The notes beneath the pieces were generated by a model. The model saw only the letters and a program-made list of their open reading frames with translations. It searched no databases and was not told the DNA's origin. The position numbers were made by a program, and so were the translations under genes. Below are positions 25,474 to 25,733 of a stretch of DNA of 25,733 bases, one piece after another. This DNA is from a virus (Duplodnaviria > Caudoviricetes). Numbering within the stretch: the stretch's first letter is position 1; each line of letters opens with the position of its first letter. The DNA lies in IMG/VR virus record IMGVR_UViG_3300037507_001223, positions 1 through 25,733 of that record; one strand, written 5' to 3'.

Positions 25474-25733
25474 CTACCCACCTAGCGCCCCCAGCTTGGC
25501 GGGTATTTCCTCGCTTTCAGTCGTCAGTGTTTCGCACTCGGCATGCAACGCCAACACCTCACGCCACCCCATCGCCACCCCCGCTATTCCCGTTTGGACA
25601 CAACGCGCGCGCGCGGGGGTTTGGGGTGGGCGGGACACGGGACACCGCCTCAAATGTCCCGTCCCCCGTTCCATCGGGACACAGGGGGGACATCCCCCTA
25701 AAGGGGGATGTCTCCCCCCCCCCATGTCCCGAT
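25474..25733 (-). CDS. 3' end of an upstream (possibly replication) gene, or a 32-aa ORF starting at 25572
   Basis: Frame is open to the window edge and crosses the repeat region; only the last ~32 aa look protein-like. Confidence 0.3.
   Translation of the reverse strand, partial: RDMGGGRHPPLGGCPPCVPMERGTGHLRRCPVSRPPQTPARARCVQTGIAGVAMGWREVLALHAECETLTTESEEIPAKLGALGG
25632..25730. repeat. GGGACA/TGTCCC iteron-like cluster with an 11-bp perfect inverted repeat; putative replication origin
   Basis: GGGACA at 25632, 25638, 25676, 25687; TGTCCC at 25655, 25725; GACATCCCCCT-AA-AGGGGGATGTC at 25689-25712. Confidence 0.6.

Noticed and set aside
24846-25481. 211-aa minus-strand ORF
   Set aside because: Overlaps two better-supported plus-strand genes with promoter and SD; low-complexity Arg/Ala/Gly translation.
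25632-25733. CRISPR array
   Set aside because: Repeats are 6-7 nt, irregularly spaced and in both orientations; no spacers.

Overview
GC-rich tailed-phage (or prophage) segment containing an almost complete podovirus-type late operon on the minus strand, most likely from an alphaproteobacterial host (inference from gene families and GC content). Reading right to left: origin-like iteron region at the window edge; an antisense two-gene cassette (small protein + HTH) with tandem operators; a DUF6456/GafZ-like late regulator; a sigma70-like late promoter followed at once by a terminator; TerS, P22-type TerL, tiny coupled peptides and portal; an inserted fibre/lectin cassette (LamG protein, 1093-aa fibre); scaffold, structured leader, N4-gp56-family major capsid and decoration protein; a three-gene TPR-glycosyltransferase / methyltransferase / glycosyltransferase cassette; head-tail adaptor, tail nozzle, GNAT-like protein and three DNA-ejection proteins; an antisense membrane ORF; a stand-alone fibre-anchor protein; and the start of a further gene at the left edge. 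The most notable candidate system is a phage-encoded virion protein glycosylation/methylation module embedded in the structural operon. All family assignments come from motif recognition by eye, not database searches.
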